A program made the translations under genes and the position numbers. DNA of 64,000 nt from positions 186,967 to 250,966 of the forward strand of contig JAQGDQ010000348.1 of assembly GCA_030141605.1 (NCBI GenBank), in the 5' to 3' direction. Shown piece by piece: positions 1-11,997 of the stretch. The notes below the pieces were generated by a model. It had not been told where the DNA came from, searched no databases, and was given only the letters and a program-made list of their open reading frames with translations. This stretch comes from Tubiluchus corallicola (Eukaryota; Animalia; Priapulida). Each line of letters starts with the position of its first letter. The first letter of the stretch is position 1.

Positions 1-982
1 ATGTAATTATTATAAATTGAAGAATAAACGACCTACATATATAACTAACGTCACTTGTATAAACTAAATACTATATTAACTATCTTACATTTGTATTTAT
101 GTATATTCATGTTGCACCATTGGGTTTACACATCAAGGTATGACATTGTGTCTTTGGTTCAAATTGTTGAGTTTGACTTGTGTATAACGTGGTATAGGTT
201 TTTTTGTAGCGCTGTATATGTGTGTAATTGTATCTATATAATCGGTGTGTATTGTGCGAATTGTAATTGTGATTACCCAGTAAAATATAAAAATATATAA
301 AATATTATCCTGCGCCTCCAATTCATGAGGATCGTTTTGATACCAAACACCTTAGCAACTGCATGAAAGTAAAACTTTGTAAGACGTTGAAAATACATTT
401 AATCCATAGGTGGCTCTTCGAGATTGTGATTTGGGTTTGATAGCGAAATAAACCGCAGTTGCTTTTCTCTACAAGCAAACAAAAGCAAGATAGTTTAAAA
501 CGAAACAAATCTAATGTATTTTTCTCTGCTTTTGTCTTGAATTATCTTACTTTTAACTATCTAAATGGTAATCTGATTTACAGATTTGAATATGATATCT
601 AGTAGGAGCCCCTTTATAGCATGATTGATAAATGACGGTTTTCCAGATGGGCGGTTGAGGGCCCAAGTTGCTCCCTATATTAGAGTTATATGTGTACTTT
701 TTATAGTTTTAACATTTTAAAATAGTGTTGAGAATTGACCATAATGTATTTTCGCAAACGTTTTTAAATATGAAGTTATTTTATGATTTTAATAAGATTA
801 ATCTTAACGTAAGTTATTGTCTTTTAAACGTAATCTGATTTAAACTTCAGTCTATTTTAATTATATTATGTAATGTTTTTTAATGTAATGTAATTTAATT
901 GTAATTTTAAATCTCAGTGTATCTTAATTAATGTGATGTAATTTAACCTTCGGGTTACAAGGATTTTTAATAAACTTAAAAA

Positions 983-1536
983 AGGAAGACAGGATAATAG
1001 GACCGTTCATACACTAGCCCATCTTCAAGTCCGATAGAAAGTAAACATTTTAACACGATTAATACTGCAAAAGCCTTTCTGATAATTAGCTAATGCATTA
1101 AAAATTTAATTAGGTGTGTTGCACGTGTTTGAGAAAGTGAAAATTGAAGTACATTGCTACCTGTAAGAGATTCAGTGTGTTGTACTAAAACTAGGCTAGT
1201 TTTAAAATAAAAATTCAAATTTCAAATTTACCGCTGTGCTCACGCATGAGCTGTCGAACATGTGCAGTTTATCACAAGCTAACACATCTGAACTGAGATG
1301 TACAGCACCTGTTTTTTGTGCAATGCTTTTCTGAAAAGCAGGCGCTTGTCCTCGTCTAATTAGCAAATGGTGAAATGCAAGTAACAGCAAAGAACTAGTG
1401 GCGCAAACGTGAAAGTGTGTTTGTGTGGTAATAATTCTTTCACTAAATCATTCTTGAAAAAATAGTACGTTTCCTCTCTGTATTTTAAAGAGTAGCTTGT
1501 TTTGACCTACAGTTGAAGATTGGGTCCGCTTTTGCT
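983..1536 (+). mobile_element. Family A non-autonomous Kolobok-like DNA transposon (about 550-620 bp)
   Basis: Ends AGGAAGACAGGA...TCCG(G/C)TTTTGCT followed by TTAA; about 15 related copies in the window. A TTAA TSD with RR..YY termini is the Kolobok pattern. Confidence 0.75.
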
Positions 1537-1754
1537 TTAAGTTTTAATGCAATAGAATCTGATGTCTTTCATTGGTGCATGTTGTTTCATATGTTGCCAT
1601 CTTGAATTCCCATACAGTATTATTTTATCCATTGTTTCTACATTGTTTTGATATTGACATAATATATTGATATTATATCGATTATATAGATTGATATAAT
1701 ACATTGATATTGTTTTATACATTTATGCATCATCAGTATCATCAATTTATTTAG

Positions 1755-1914
1755 AACAAAGATGAGGACGGTGAACTGAGTTGCGGATGGACTTGTCTTC
1801 CTCTTTTCGATGCCGCCGGTACACCTGTCATGAACAAAACGTATACTTTACCCGTCCACGGAGGCACACCTTTTGAGAAAGGCGTGGAGGTCGATCCGAC
1901 TGTCAGTCGCCGCG
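1755..1914 (+). CDS. NPHP1: Nephrocystin-1 orthologue, internal coding exon (first of five in window; upstream exons not seen)
   Basis: ttag acceptor and G|gtaag donor. Translation [53 protein letters not shown] matches the recalled human NPHP1 segment [48 protein letters not shown]. Confidence 0.93.
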
Positions 1915-2086
1915 GTAAGAAACTTGAGGATAATGCAGTGTAAAAAAATGTAAATGTTTGCTCAGTAAAACGTGAAAGATTGTTGTTATTATTATTATTG
2001 TGCCTAATGTTTGTTTGCATGTTGTGCTGTCGTGATCATTTCTTCAAGCATGTAACTTCGTCAGCTTTCACAACGTATCTAGTCGC

Positions 2087-2478
2087 ATAAGCCTTTTCAC
2101 AGTTCCAGCGATTGATAGTGATCATGAAAAGGTCAAAGGTTAAGTGTGCATGACAACGAATTTATGTACACTTGACAACACCTCACAGTCCATTCTATTG
2201 TAATAGTAACAGTTTTAACAGCTAGCTAGAACCTTACTAGTTTTTTGTTCTTGTTCCCAAGCAAGATCCTGCTAATAAATCACTCTATGCACAAACTAAT
2301 GCATCATAATTAAGTGAAGTCCACGTGAAACAACTTAAGTTACTGAACTGATGCGACGCCGGCTTTGCTTCACACACGTCAAGTGACGGTTGTAGTTAAG
2401 ACGTGTTACTGTGGTACACTTAACCGTTCACCTACAGCGACTGCGCATGCGCACAACGAAACTGTGAAATGGCTTATT
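2087..2478 (+). mobile_element. Family B TIR MITE (about 370-400 bp; AT/TA-flanked, ISL2EU/PHIS-like)
   Basis: TIR ATAAGCCTTTTCACAGTT...AACTGTGAAA(A/T)GGCTTAT; nine copies in the window. Confidence 0.75.
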
Positions 2479-2901
2479 CCATTACATTCAAATACTGACA
2501 TGTCAGTGCTGCCCGATATATTCTCTTCCGTTGCAAATTGGGGTGCTATAGCAGCCATGTTGTCTGCGTACTCCACTCAAGTTGCATTATTGATGAAAGA
2601 ACCCTGTTTGCTATTGACACATTGTCTGCCACTTTCGCTTAGAGAAAAAAATCTAGTCATACGCAAGCGAGTTTTGTATATTTGAACATGGAAACGTTTA
2701 GATTGCTAAATATGTGTAGCCTTCTTCGGATAATTTACATTTATTATTCAAGAAATTTTTAACACTCACAAAGTTTATTTCTCTAGAAGTGGGCTATTTA
2801 TAGATAATTTTTACAAACACCCGGTGATTTCTTTTTTAAAAATTCTTTTCCTTGAAATAAATTTTCCTGAATGTGTAATATCTTCTTTTTTGATGTTACA
2901 G

Positions 2902-3114
2902 TTTCAACTAATCCGTTTAGAACGCTCGTTGCTGGTAACCGGCAACCAAAATTCAGCGTTCGATTTGGGCCGATATCTCGAAAAGACAGGACGCGTGTTG
3001 AGCTACTGCCAGATGTCGTCTTATGCAGAAATTCACATCTCTTATTCATGATGTTCTATCGACAAGAGCTAGCCGAAGCTTTGCTTTGTGACAGGCCAAA
3101 TTTAGAGAGTGCTG
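2902..3114 (+). CDS. NPHP1: Nephrocystin-1 coding exon
   Basis: tacag acceptor, G|gtatt donor, phase 1 to phase 1. Encodes VSTNPFRTLVAGNRQPKFSVRF...LLPDVVLCRNSHLLFMMFYRQELAEALLCDRPNLESA, aligning to NPHP1 RRQPQLLV...LLPETLIG...FYRQILGDVLLKDR. Confidence 0.92.
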
Positions 3115-3505
3115 GTATTGATTTCTTATAATCTTAATTAGGAGTTATTGATTGGTGATGGCGCACGAACGCAACATTTTGAAATTTTTGAAAACAGAGT
3201 TGACTAAAAGAAAGAAAACTGTGTTTGTGGTGACTTTCTGACATTTACTTTGTTTTGGTCGAGTTTAGCTTTAAAAATTTCATAATTGTTAGTATATTGC
3301 ACCATCTTTGCCCATATGCTAATGGTATTTGTAAACAACAAAATTGACTGCACTCGGTCCGATGCTCACATGCATGTTCATTTACCTATTGACATGAATT
3401 TTTTATCGTGGTGGCTTGTTCCACAACTTGCAAATCAGTTAAAGCTCTTCACAGGTACTTGTGTTAAAATATATTTGATGGGCACATTGAAAACAAAGTA
3501 ACATA

Positions 3506-3911
3506 CGCTCATACCTCGGTTTGCCAGACAAAAGCGGAGAGACGTCGGTCCGAATTTCTAGATTGTCTGTATTTTACCATATTAAACAATAAAGTAGGCT
3601 CATATTAGACTCATGCTAATGTACAATCAATTGCCTAATTCTCTCAAAAGCATCTAGTAATGGGGGTTCCTATGTAATACAGTAGTATATAAAAACTGTC
3701 AGCAATTAACTCAAACAACTCTGCATAATTCATTCTATATTTTTATTCATACACTTGGTTACACTGATGTATGTGATGTAAACAAAGTGACGGCCCGCCA
3801 AGTAGCGATCAGCTTGCGAAATAACAGACTTGTCCGGACTTTTAACGGACCAAATTTTGTCGGAATTTTATGATATCCATAAAAGCGAGGACCGGCAAAC
3901 AGAGATATGAG
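3506..3911 (+). mobile_element. Family D TA-flanked MITE (Tc1/mariner-pogo-like)
   Basis: TIR CTCATA(T/C)CTCGGTTTGCC...GGCAAAC(C/A)GAGATATGAG; five copies in the window. Confidence 0.7.
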
Positions 3912-4019
3912 ATTAGTTTGTAATTAGAATTGCAGCTCATTGTGAAACTAAATAAAATATTTATAATAGGTATAATAAATGGAATGAGTTTATAATTCCC
4001 CACACAGTTTAAATACACT

Positions 4020-4380
4020 AAATCTAACCCAAGCTTAACCGGAACCCTAAAGTCCCTAACCCTAATGCTAACCCAACTCTAACGCGAAGCCTAAACCAAC
4101 CCTAAAGTTCCTATACCCAAATCCGAACCCTAAACCAACCCTAAAGTCCCTATCCCCAAACCTAGCCCTAACCTTAACCCCAACCCTAATCCTAACCTTA
4201 TCCCTATCAAACATCCTAAACCAACCCGAAAGTTCCTATCCCCAAACTCAACCCTAACCTTAACCCCAACCCTAATTCTAACCCTAACCCTAAACCAACC
4301 CAAAGTTCCTATACCCAAATCCGAAGCCTAAACCAACCCTAATGTTCCTATACCCAAACCCAACCCCTAATTCTAATCCA
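4020..4380. repeat. Degenerate telomere-like (TAACCC)n tract with higher-order units, in an NPHP1 intron
   Basis: Repeated AACCCT and CCTAAACCAACCCTAAAGTTCCTAT units. Confidence 0.8.
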
Positions 4381-4557
4381 CTTCATGAACTAATTTCTTG
4401 TGTGTTAAGAAATGTAAACTTTAATCCAAAAGAATTATGCATAATGGGAAGAAACATTTTTAGTACCATTGAAACCAGTCTCATTTAAAAAATTTTGCAG
4501 TACCTTTAATAAGTTTTAAAATTCATGTTTTTTTATGTTTTATTTACTATTCTTTAG

Positions 4558-4631
4558 ACATGATTCAGTCTCCTTTTCTGGCAACATTTCCAGCAGCTGC
4601 GGATCAGAGTGATTTACTGGATGGACTTCAA
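4558..4631 (+). CDS. NPHP1: Nephrocystin-1 coding exon
   Basis: tctttag acceptor and gtatgt donor. Encodes DMIQSPFLATFPAAADQSDLLDGLQ, versus NPHP1 [25 protein letters not shown]. Phase is consistent with neighbours. Confidence 0.9.
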
Positions 4632-4754
4632 GTATGTTTCGACTATTTTTCACTATTTGTTATTTTGTCTATTGTTTTTTTTTGTTTTGTGTGTTTTCTA
4701 ATTATAAAAATAAACGAAGTAGAAATAGGGATGATATTTGAGAGATACCTTGAA

Positions 4755-5226
4755 GGGAAGAAAAGACAATTTATAAGTACGGTGCAAAAAAACTTTTCAT
4801 ACAAAGTTATATTACTCAGCATTATGCTTACTTGCTTGAAACACTTATGTAAGTAGAAAAGAAAATTCTTTGTAATATAAAATGTTCAGACCAACTGGTA
4901 AAACATCACTGTCTCACCTTCCCAGTATGCACCACTGACTCACTAAAAAGCTATTTTTATTTTTATTTGCAATTTCTACTTCTGCTTGATTAGCAAAGAG
5001 TGTGTTACAAATACTCTGGTTATATTTTCAAACTTTATGCAATGTTATCTAAACATGTTTCAAACGACTTACCATTAGAATGGCTCCATCTAATGGTCAT
5101 CACAGGAATTTACATTTACAAGTTGTTGCTAATACAGGCTCTGTATCAAATAAAACAGAATGTAAGTGATATAAAATTTCAAAACAAATTTTTTGGAGCT
5201 TTATTAAAGTAAAGGGCTTTTGCGCT
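4755..5226 (+). mobile_element. Family G-related shorter subfamily (second copy at about 33140-33572, - strand)
   Basis: Shares the interior blocks CTGACTCACC and GCACCACTGACTCAC with family G; ends GCGCT ttaa. Confidence 0.55.
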
Positions 5227-5385
5227 TTAAGAAGTTGGAGAACTAGGAAAAAACACAAACTCTACGAGTCTAAAAAGCAGGGAGGTCTGATCTTGTTGCA
5301 GGGTTATAATACATATGAAAACTTGACAAATGATCCAATTTTAAACTGCTACAACATTGAACAATAAAATAATTAAATATCAGTG

Positions 5386-5817
5386 CACTCATAGGTCGGT
5401 TTGTCAGACAAAAGCAGGGAGAAATCGGTCCGAATTTACCGATACTAAGCTAATATAGTAGGTGCCATGTATTAGACTCACGATAATGTAAAATCATTTG
5501 CCCAATTGTCTAAAAAACGGGCCGCTCCTATGCAAAAGTATATAACAACTATTGGCAGTTGACTCAGAGAAGTCAGCATAATTGACTCTAAACCACTTAC
5601 ACACGCTGATGAAACCACTTAACACGCTGACACACAAGCTGCATATACGTCATTATACGCTGCTTGGATGTAAACAAAGTGACGGCCCACCAACTAGCGG
5701 TCAGCTCGCGAAATAACGGACGTGTACGTAGTATGCAGGACTTTTTACCGGTCCAGATTTTCTCTAATTCTTCCGACATCCGTAAAAGCGAGGTCGGGCA
5801 AACCGAGATTTGAGGGT
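5386..5817 (+). mobile_element. Family D MITE
   Basis: Same TIR and interior as 3506-3911. Confidence 0.7.
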
Positions 5818-5877
5818 ATGTTAGAATGCAGTTACAATGTACAATCTACTTTCGTTACAGTGAATGCAATTTTACAG

Positions 5878-6039
5878 GCTGCCTGGTCTCACAAGTTAAC
5901 GTTTCTGTCACGATCAGAAAAGCAGGATCAACTTCACTTGAGAAGCAAGTTTATCGAAATCTATATGGATACGGTCTATCCCTTACTATTCAGTGCCTCG
6001 CTTCCCAAATATGACATCAGAAATGCTGAAATAACTGCC
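5878..6039 (+). CDS. NPHP1: Nephrocystin-1 coding exon
   Basis: ttttacag acceptor, gtaagt donor, 162 nt, phase 0. Encodes AAWSHKLTFLSRSEKQDQLHLRSKFIEIYMDTVYPLLFSASLPKYDIRNAEITA, versus NPHP1 [25 protein letters not shown]...VLPLLHSTRLPPF. Confidence 0.92.
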
Positions 6040-6099
6040 GTAAGTATCTTAAATCGACTGTTGTTCCCATGAGGGTACATTTTTGCTTTAACTCTTATC

Positions 6100-6225
6100 A
6101 GCTCGTGCAGGTTTGCACTGTTGCTTTCAATTGTTGAGGTCGTGAGTTCAATCCCCAGGGTAAGTCATTGTAGAACATTCAAAATTTTGACAGCAGTTGC
6201 CTCCTTGCCTGGTATGTGGAATACA
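6100..6225 (+). mobile_element. Degenerate tRNA-derived SINE head
   Basis: B-box-like GAGGTCGTGAGTTCAATCCC followed by a SINE-core-like GTTGCCTCCTTGCCTGG. No cloverleaf can be formed. Confidence 0.35.
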
Positions 6226-6386
6226 ATACAAATAATTTACAATGTAAAAGTAAACTGCCATGTTTGAAGTTGACTAGAAACTAATTATGTATGTTAATGT
6301 AGGCAAAACAAGCAAGTAAAAAGATTTGTCATATTTCCGTCATACAGAAAAAACAATTTTGGACAAACGAAAGAAATATATGTTTA

Positions 6387-6918
6387 AGGAAGACCGGATG
6401 ATTGTTCATATACTACCCCATTTTCAAGTCTAATAAAAAGTATACATTTTTATGCTATTAATACTGCAAAAGTGTTTCTGATAATTAAATATTAGATTTA
6501 AAACTTAATTAACGGCGGGCGAGCCGAACTATTGATGACAACTATTGATGAAAATTGAAATACAGTGGTACTGTAAGATATTCAGTGTGTAGTAATGAAA
6601 CTAGGCAAGTCTTAAGGTAAAAATTCAAATTTCAAATTTACCATTGTGCTCACACATGAGCTGTCGAACGTGTGTAGTTTGTCACAAACTGAGACGTCAG
6701 GCACTTGTTTTTTGCGCAATCCATTTCCCAAATACAGACATCAGTGCCCATCTAACTAGCGAATGACGAAATACATGTGAGTACTGGCGAGAACGTGAAA
6801 TTGTGCTTGTGTGGTAATAATTGTTTTAAGTCATTTTTGAAAAAATAGTATTTTCCTTTCAGTATTTTAAAGAGCATGTTGTGTTGACGTACAGTTTAAC
6901 ATTGGGTCCGGTTTTGCT
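6387..6918 (+). mobile_element. Family A Kolobok-like MITE (in NPHP1 intron)
   Basis: Same termini and internal sequence as 983-1536, with TTAA at the right end. Confidence 0.75.
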
Positions 6919-7372
6919 TTAAATAAACTGTTGCTGGTGTATTGAACAAAAAAGACAGAAAAGAAATTTCATGGTCAGGGCTGGAATATGACCTATTGTG
7001 GCCCCTAGGCTAATGAAATTATGGGCCTCCTCAGATTGAGCCACTCTCTAATTCACCATCATGAATATTTTTTGCTCGTGATACATTTTGGCTACATTTA
7101 CATACCTTGAAGTAAACTGATTACAATTTGTTTAAATTTTCTAGAATAGCTATCTTTTGTTTGTCAATAAAAATATTCTTTAAACCACTGGTTTACTATT
7201 TATTGCTAACCAAATTAACACACAGCTGTAGTGAAAAAACACATTTTTTACCAAATATTACGAGAGTTTGAGGTCGTTTGGCTTTATCAGTATTGCATTT
7301 AAATATTGCTCCTTTTTTGTGCAGTTGCAAAAACTTTTGTAATCAGTTAAAATAATTCTTTGTTCTTTCTAG

Positions 7373-7519
7373 ACCCGCCACGAGGAGATTTTTTCAGTGA
7401 TAAAGAAGGTGAAAGAAAGGAGACAGTTGTCCGTCTACTTGTCGCCGGGTGTTACGTTTCAACCCTTGGATGTTTCAGAGATGTCGCTCAATATAATTGG
7501 ACCGTTTTGCAGGAGCTAA
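7373..7519 (+). CDS. NPHP1: Nephrocystin-1 terminal coding exon with stop codon
   Basis: Polypyrimidine tract plus tag acceptor. Encodes TRHEEIFSVIKKVKERRQLSVYLSPGVTFQPLDVSEMSLNIIGPFCRS*, versus the NPHP1 C-terminus [22 protein letters not shown]. This frame is not the one in the ORF track. Confidence 0.9.
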   Translation, partial: TRHEEIFSVIKKVKERRQLSVYLSPGVTFQPLDVSEMSLNIIGPFCRS

Positions 7520-7724
7520 TTAAAACTGTTGAAGGTCAAATTAACGACTAATGTTTGTGCTGTGATCTTTGTAATACGATTTCAGTTCAGTACATCTATT
7601 TTGAAGGTTACGTGAATGTTGTTCCTAAGTGTCAAGCTCATGGCTTCTCTAGACGTGTGTCAAGTGCATGGCTTCTCTAGACGTTCATCACACCTTCACT
7701 GCAAACTTTTCTGACTTTTGAAAA

Positions 7725-7986
7725 CAGGATTCCCAAGATCACGGAAAATCCTTAAAAATACAGGCTATCCTGAAAAGTCACGGAAAAAGATAATTTGGTA
7801 AAAAGTCAGGGAAAATGATGAAAATGGGGCAAAAAGTCAGGGAAATTGGAAAGGGTTGCAAAAATAATCACCGTGAACCGATATTTTTCTAAACACATTT
7901 TATAGAGATTCGCGTTAAAATAAAATTTTGCTTTGGTAGACTCCCAGTTTCGATTTCTGTTCCAAAAATAATGATTGGCCGACACA

Positions 7987-8018
<32 letters not shown>

Positions 8019-8161
8019 GAATGTCCATACACAAAAGTGTTTGAATCCATATACTGGTAATGCAATTTCTGCTTACCTTGGTCATGGAAAATTAATATTT
8101 GGTCAAGGAAAAGGCATGGAAAAGTCAGGGAAATTTATTTTAAAATTCTTTGGGAACCATG
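7725..8161. mobile_element. hAT-like MITE with 6-bp TSD (TGAAAA)
   Basis: Termini CAGGATTCCCA...TGGGAACCATG, internal GTCA(G/C)GGAAA repeats, and TGAAAA on both flanks. Confidence 0.65.
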
Positions 8162-9817
8162 TGAAAATCAATGAAAGAGATTTCACAAAAGACTAAATTC
8201 GACAAACTTGGTTTGCTTTAAAATCTTACAGGAAAAAACTCGTACTCAGACTTAAAACCGGGGCCTCGTATGCTGCTATTTGACCCGCGTCACGATTTTG
8301 TCAGTGCGTCCACTTCTGAGCACGGTACATGAGGTGTGCTTTTTCTACGAGACACGAAGAAGTGTTAAAATACGTGTAAAACAGTTAAGAACCGTTTTTC
8401 ATGATAAACATGAACATAAATTACAGAATTTTTACCTTCCTGCAGCAGTTTTCTCATGGGGATGTACTTGCACAAAGGTGTCTGAGTCCAACAATTTATT
8501 GTCATGTCTCAGAGGATTATGTTCACAGTGAGATAGGTTCTGGTGTTGCCACAATCAGCAGCTTAATAAGAAAGCCTCGGCATTGGAGTTGATGCCAGTT
8601 TGCAGTGTGCTGAACCGTAAAAATAGCAAAAGCCTTTGCTATTCTGCTTCTTTCTAGATATAATGGCGCTGAAACTAAAATTATGTGATGTTTGGCAACA
8701 TATATGTGCTTACATAGCAAAATCGTCAAGAAGTCGGCAATTTTAGCTTTTCCAGTTATTCACCATATCCTGAATCTTCATCCCATGAGGATCATTTTGA
8801 TACCAAGCTCATTGCTCTATTTTATTTCTAACCTGAGATAGTCCATGTTGAAGTTGAAGTGCAGGCTGCGCATTGAAAAACATAATCTTGAGAAACTCAA
8901 TGTTAAAGTTGGCCATTGGTTTTGTCGTGTTTCTACGAAAGGTCGAAGGGTTGGTTGCTATGGACTTAGCAATAACACATTGAAGTTATATATTTAATCA
9001 TATATTTGATTATTGTATTTATTCACAAAGTTATGTTTAAATCCAGTAGATGGCTCCTCCAGATGAAGATCTGGGCTTTGCAACAGAAAAAACCCGAAGC
9101 AAAATGAATGCTTCCACGAGCTACAATCAAGTTCGAAAATACAAGTTTTTAAAATTGCATTACGAGATTTGAGCAAGAAAGGTGTGCACGGGGTTATAGA
9201 ATTAAAATTTTAGTATTTTTGAACATCTTTCTAATGGTTTGATGCTAGAATATAAAGTCCAATATATCTAGCACTTGTTTATGAAAAAACAAAAAATTGA
9301 CATTTGGCCAAATTTTTGGTGCACTCTGCTTTGAAGCATCGTGACGTAATTTTAATTATGCCAACTTATGGGTGGTTTTGGTTTGCAAGCTAACATTTAT
9401 TTAAGGATTCCATGGAATTGTTAGCTGTAGCGTGGAGAGTGTTTAAGCTTATAGTGGTTTCACTTATCGTAAATGATTCTGCATGATTTCAGTGAAATAG
9501 GAGTTTCGCTTCTTACGCTTGCTGTTCTTACAATGTGAGGAGAAGCTGTATATATTTTAGAACCTGCCTTATTTAGCCTATTTATTACTTTTTTAAGTTT
9601 TTAACTAAACCGCATAGACATGTTTAAATGTTGTATATTAAAATTTACATGTTGCTTGTTCTTGTAACAGACTAATCTATTCCGTCCATTTTATTTTATG
9701 TCCATTGAATTTTTGAGGTTTTTAGCAGTTTACTGTAAAACTGTGTGATTTGACTATGTGCCGTAAATAATAATTCTGTAATTTGTTATTTTTAGAGCAA
9801 CTGCATGGACTATAAGT

Positions 9818-10478
9818 CAGAGGTGTAGCAAGGTGGGGGTGACAGGGAGCAATTGTCCTAGGCGCTAAGATGAGAGAGCACAAAATTCTTCTAGAGTTCA
9901 ATGACTGTTTTAACATTTTAAAATTATTAATTACAGATCCGACATTTGCAAAACAATTGACAAAAGTTTTCAAACGACAACAAAATTATATAGTCAGAGC
10001 TCATTGTAGCTCAATTAATTACTACCTGCAGCCTAGAAAAAAGTTAAAATGTTGTTACTTAACAGTGTGTGCAAGGTGTTGTGTGGCTTAGCAGATCGAT
10101 AATTTTGGGACAAACAATGACGTTTCTCTAAATACCAAATGTATTATTGTGAAAACCTGTAGTATTCTGTATCTTTCATAATCTTTGCATGTTTTAATGC
10201 TGGAGCTGAATGTTTAAGGACTGTCGTGTTATGAGCAACTAATGTTTAGAAAAGAGTTATTCTGCTGCAGTATCACAAGTCAAACTCAGGGTGATTCTTA
10301 GGAAAAAATTTGTTTTTCTTTATCGCATCATGTCAAAAAAGAAAAGTCGGGCGAAGGGATGCAAAAAATGCGCACAATTTGTTTGCTTCACGAATGAAAC
10401 AAATGAGCAACGCGTTAAAGGGGTAGAGCGCCAGAAGTTTTTTACCTCCAGGCGCTAGAAGAACTTGCTACACCACTA
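9818..10478. mobile_element. hAT-type MITE (right half repeated at about 46700-47120)
   Basis: TIR CAGAGGTGTAGCAAG...CTTGCTACACCACTA; the TSD is degenerate. A second partial copy has a matching interior of about 400 bp. Confidence 0.65.
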
Positions 10479-10580
10479 ACTTAAGTACTGATCATTTCAA
10501 AGTTTTCATGAATACACACTTAGCAAATCATGTTAAGTTTGCAGACAAGATAAGCAAAGAGTTGCTATCACAATGTTTAA

Positions 10581-11075
10581 AGGAAAATTGGATGATTGTG
10601 TTCAAAATAAAGTATGCTCTAAAATATTGACAACTACAATAGCTTTTTGTTAGATCAAAGCTTAGATTAAACAATAATTACCTTGGATAGTTAAATTTTG
10701 TTAAACTTTCAAAGCAAAGCGTTCCTCAACGAATCCATTAAGACTGACAATGGCACCTTTTTGTCATATTTGTGGCGCGGTACCGTGATAAGCATGACCA
10801 TAAACTGCAGTGTTCGTCTGTGATGTAGAGCTCATTTTCGTGACATCACGTCAGCATCTTATAGCAATATTCGCTTACGCAGACGTGCTTGACACACAGG
10901 GAAGATGCCTACCATTGCACAAACTGTGGTTAGTTTGTGATGTAAGTGATAGCTGTGTTCCATTGCCATTAATTACATTTCCAAGGTAATTATTGAAATA
11001 TTAGAAACTGCTAACTTTATTGGCAAGAAAATGTATATTTTGGACAGTAAATTAAAATGAGATTGAGTCTAATCA
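10581..11075 (+). mobile_element. Family F Kolobok-like MITE
   Basis: Starts ttaa AGGAAAATTGGATG; reverse copy at 30605-31127. Confidence 0.62.
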
Positions 11076-11361
11076 ATCGTCCGGTATTCCTTTAGCTAGT
11101 TGCAACACACAAGATCTGAGCTTTCTACTAAAGGTTATATCAGGTAGAATACGTGTGATATTGTTGTCTGAATCACTTCTTTACTTGTATTTTGATACTT
11201 CATTTTATTGACTCTCAAGAGTCGGGATTAATTGCTTTAATTATCCTCGAGTGTTTTCTTACATTCTGTGTTCAGAAAGTCCATTATTTTTGTTCTTACT
11301 CAGTTGTATGAATGCCAACCCCTTGCTGTATATAAAATACACACGCACACGTGCACACACA

Positions 11362-11997
11362 TTAAGTCTTCGCTTAGCGACGTTTCGTTTTAACGATGGT
11401 GAACATTTGACACCTTTTTTCACTTAACGTGGCATGTTTCGTTTTAACAACGCTTTTTCAGCCTTACTTTAACCACTAAAATATTATTTACGCGCTTATA
11501 CTTTATGAAGAAGCCCACCATTTAATGCAGATCAGCGTAGCACAACTAAAAACACACAGCAGACAATCAACTACTGCTACAAGCAAGCCACGATGATTCA
11601 TTGCTTAACCACATTTAGATTTTTAATAAAATGCAAGAATTTTAGCTGATAAAACTCTCCTGTTACATAGTTAATTACTGTGTTCACCTCATTTGCATTT
11701 TAGCTGCCACAAACACAGCACTAGTAATATTAGTAATATTTTAATTAAAGAAATGCTGTACAACTGTAAGCAATAAACCATATAAGGTGTTTAATTTTGA
11801 GCCAAATGTTATTGATTTTTTGCCTGCAAGATAACTGAACCTTTTAACATAGCCACGCCCAGTGGTTTTTGCTCCTGGAACGCAACTGAACGCTTTTACG
11901 TTGTTTCTTATGGAAAACAATGTTTCGTTTAGCGACGTTTCCCTTAATGATGCATTTTGCTGCAATGCATTAGCGTCGTTAAGTGAGGATTTACTCT
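11362..11997. mobile_element. Degenerate Tigger/pogo-like MITE
   Basis: AGTCTTCGCTTAGCGACG...CGTCGTTAAGTGAGGATT inverted ends with repeated TTTCGTTTARCGA motifs. Confidence 0.55.

Noticed and set aside
6130-6165. tRNA gene
   Set aside because: Only a B-box-like motif is present, with no cloverleaf; treated as a SINE remnant.
7360-7551. ORF-track peptide MFFLDPPRGD...
   Set aside because: Wrong frame; the real frame is the NPHP1 terminal exon 7373-7519.
8250-9335. Larger repeat element related to 323-480
   Set aside because: Short shared blocks are visible (GAGGATCRTTTTGATACCAA), but boundaries and TSD could not be defined by eye.
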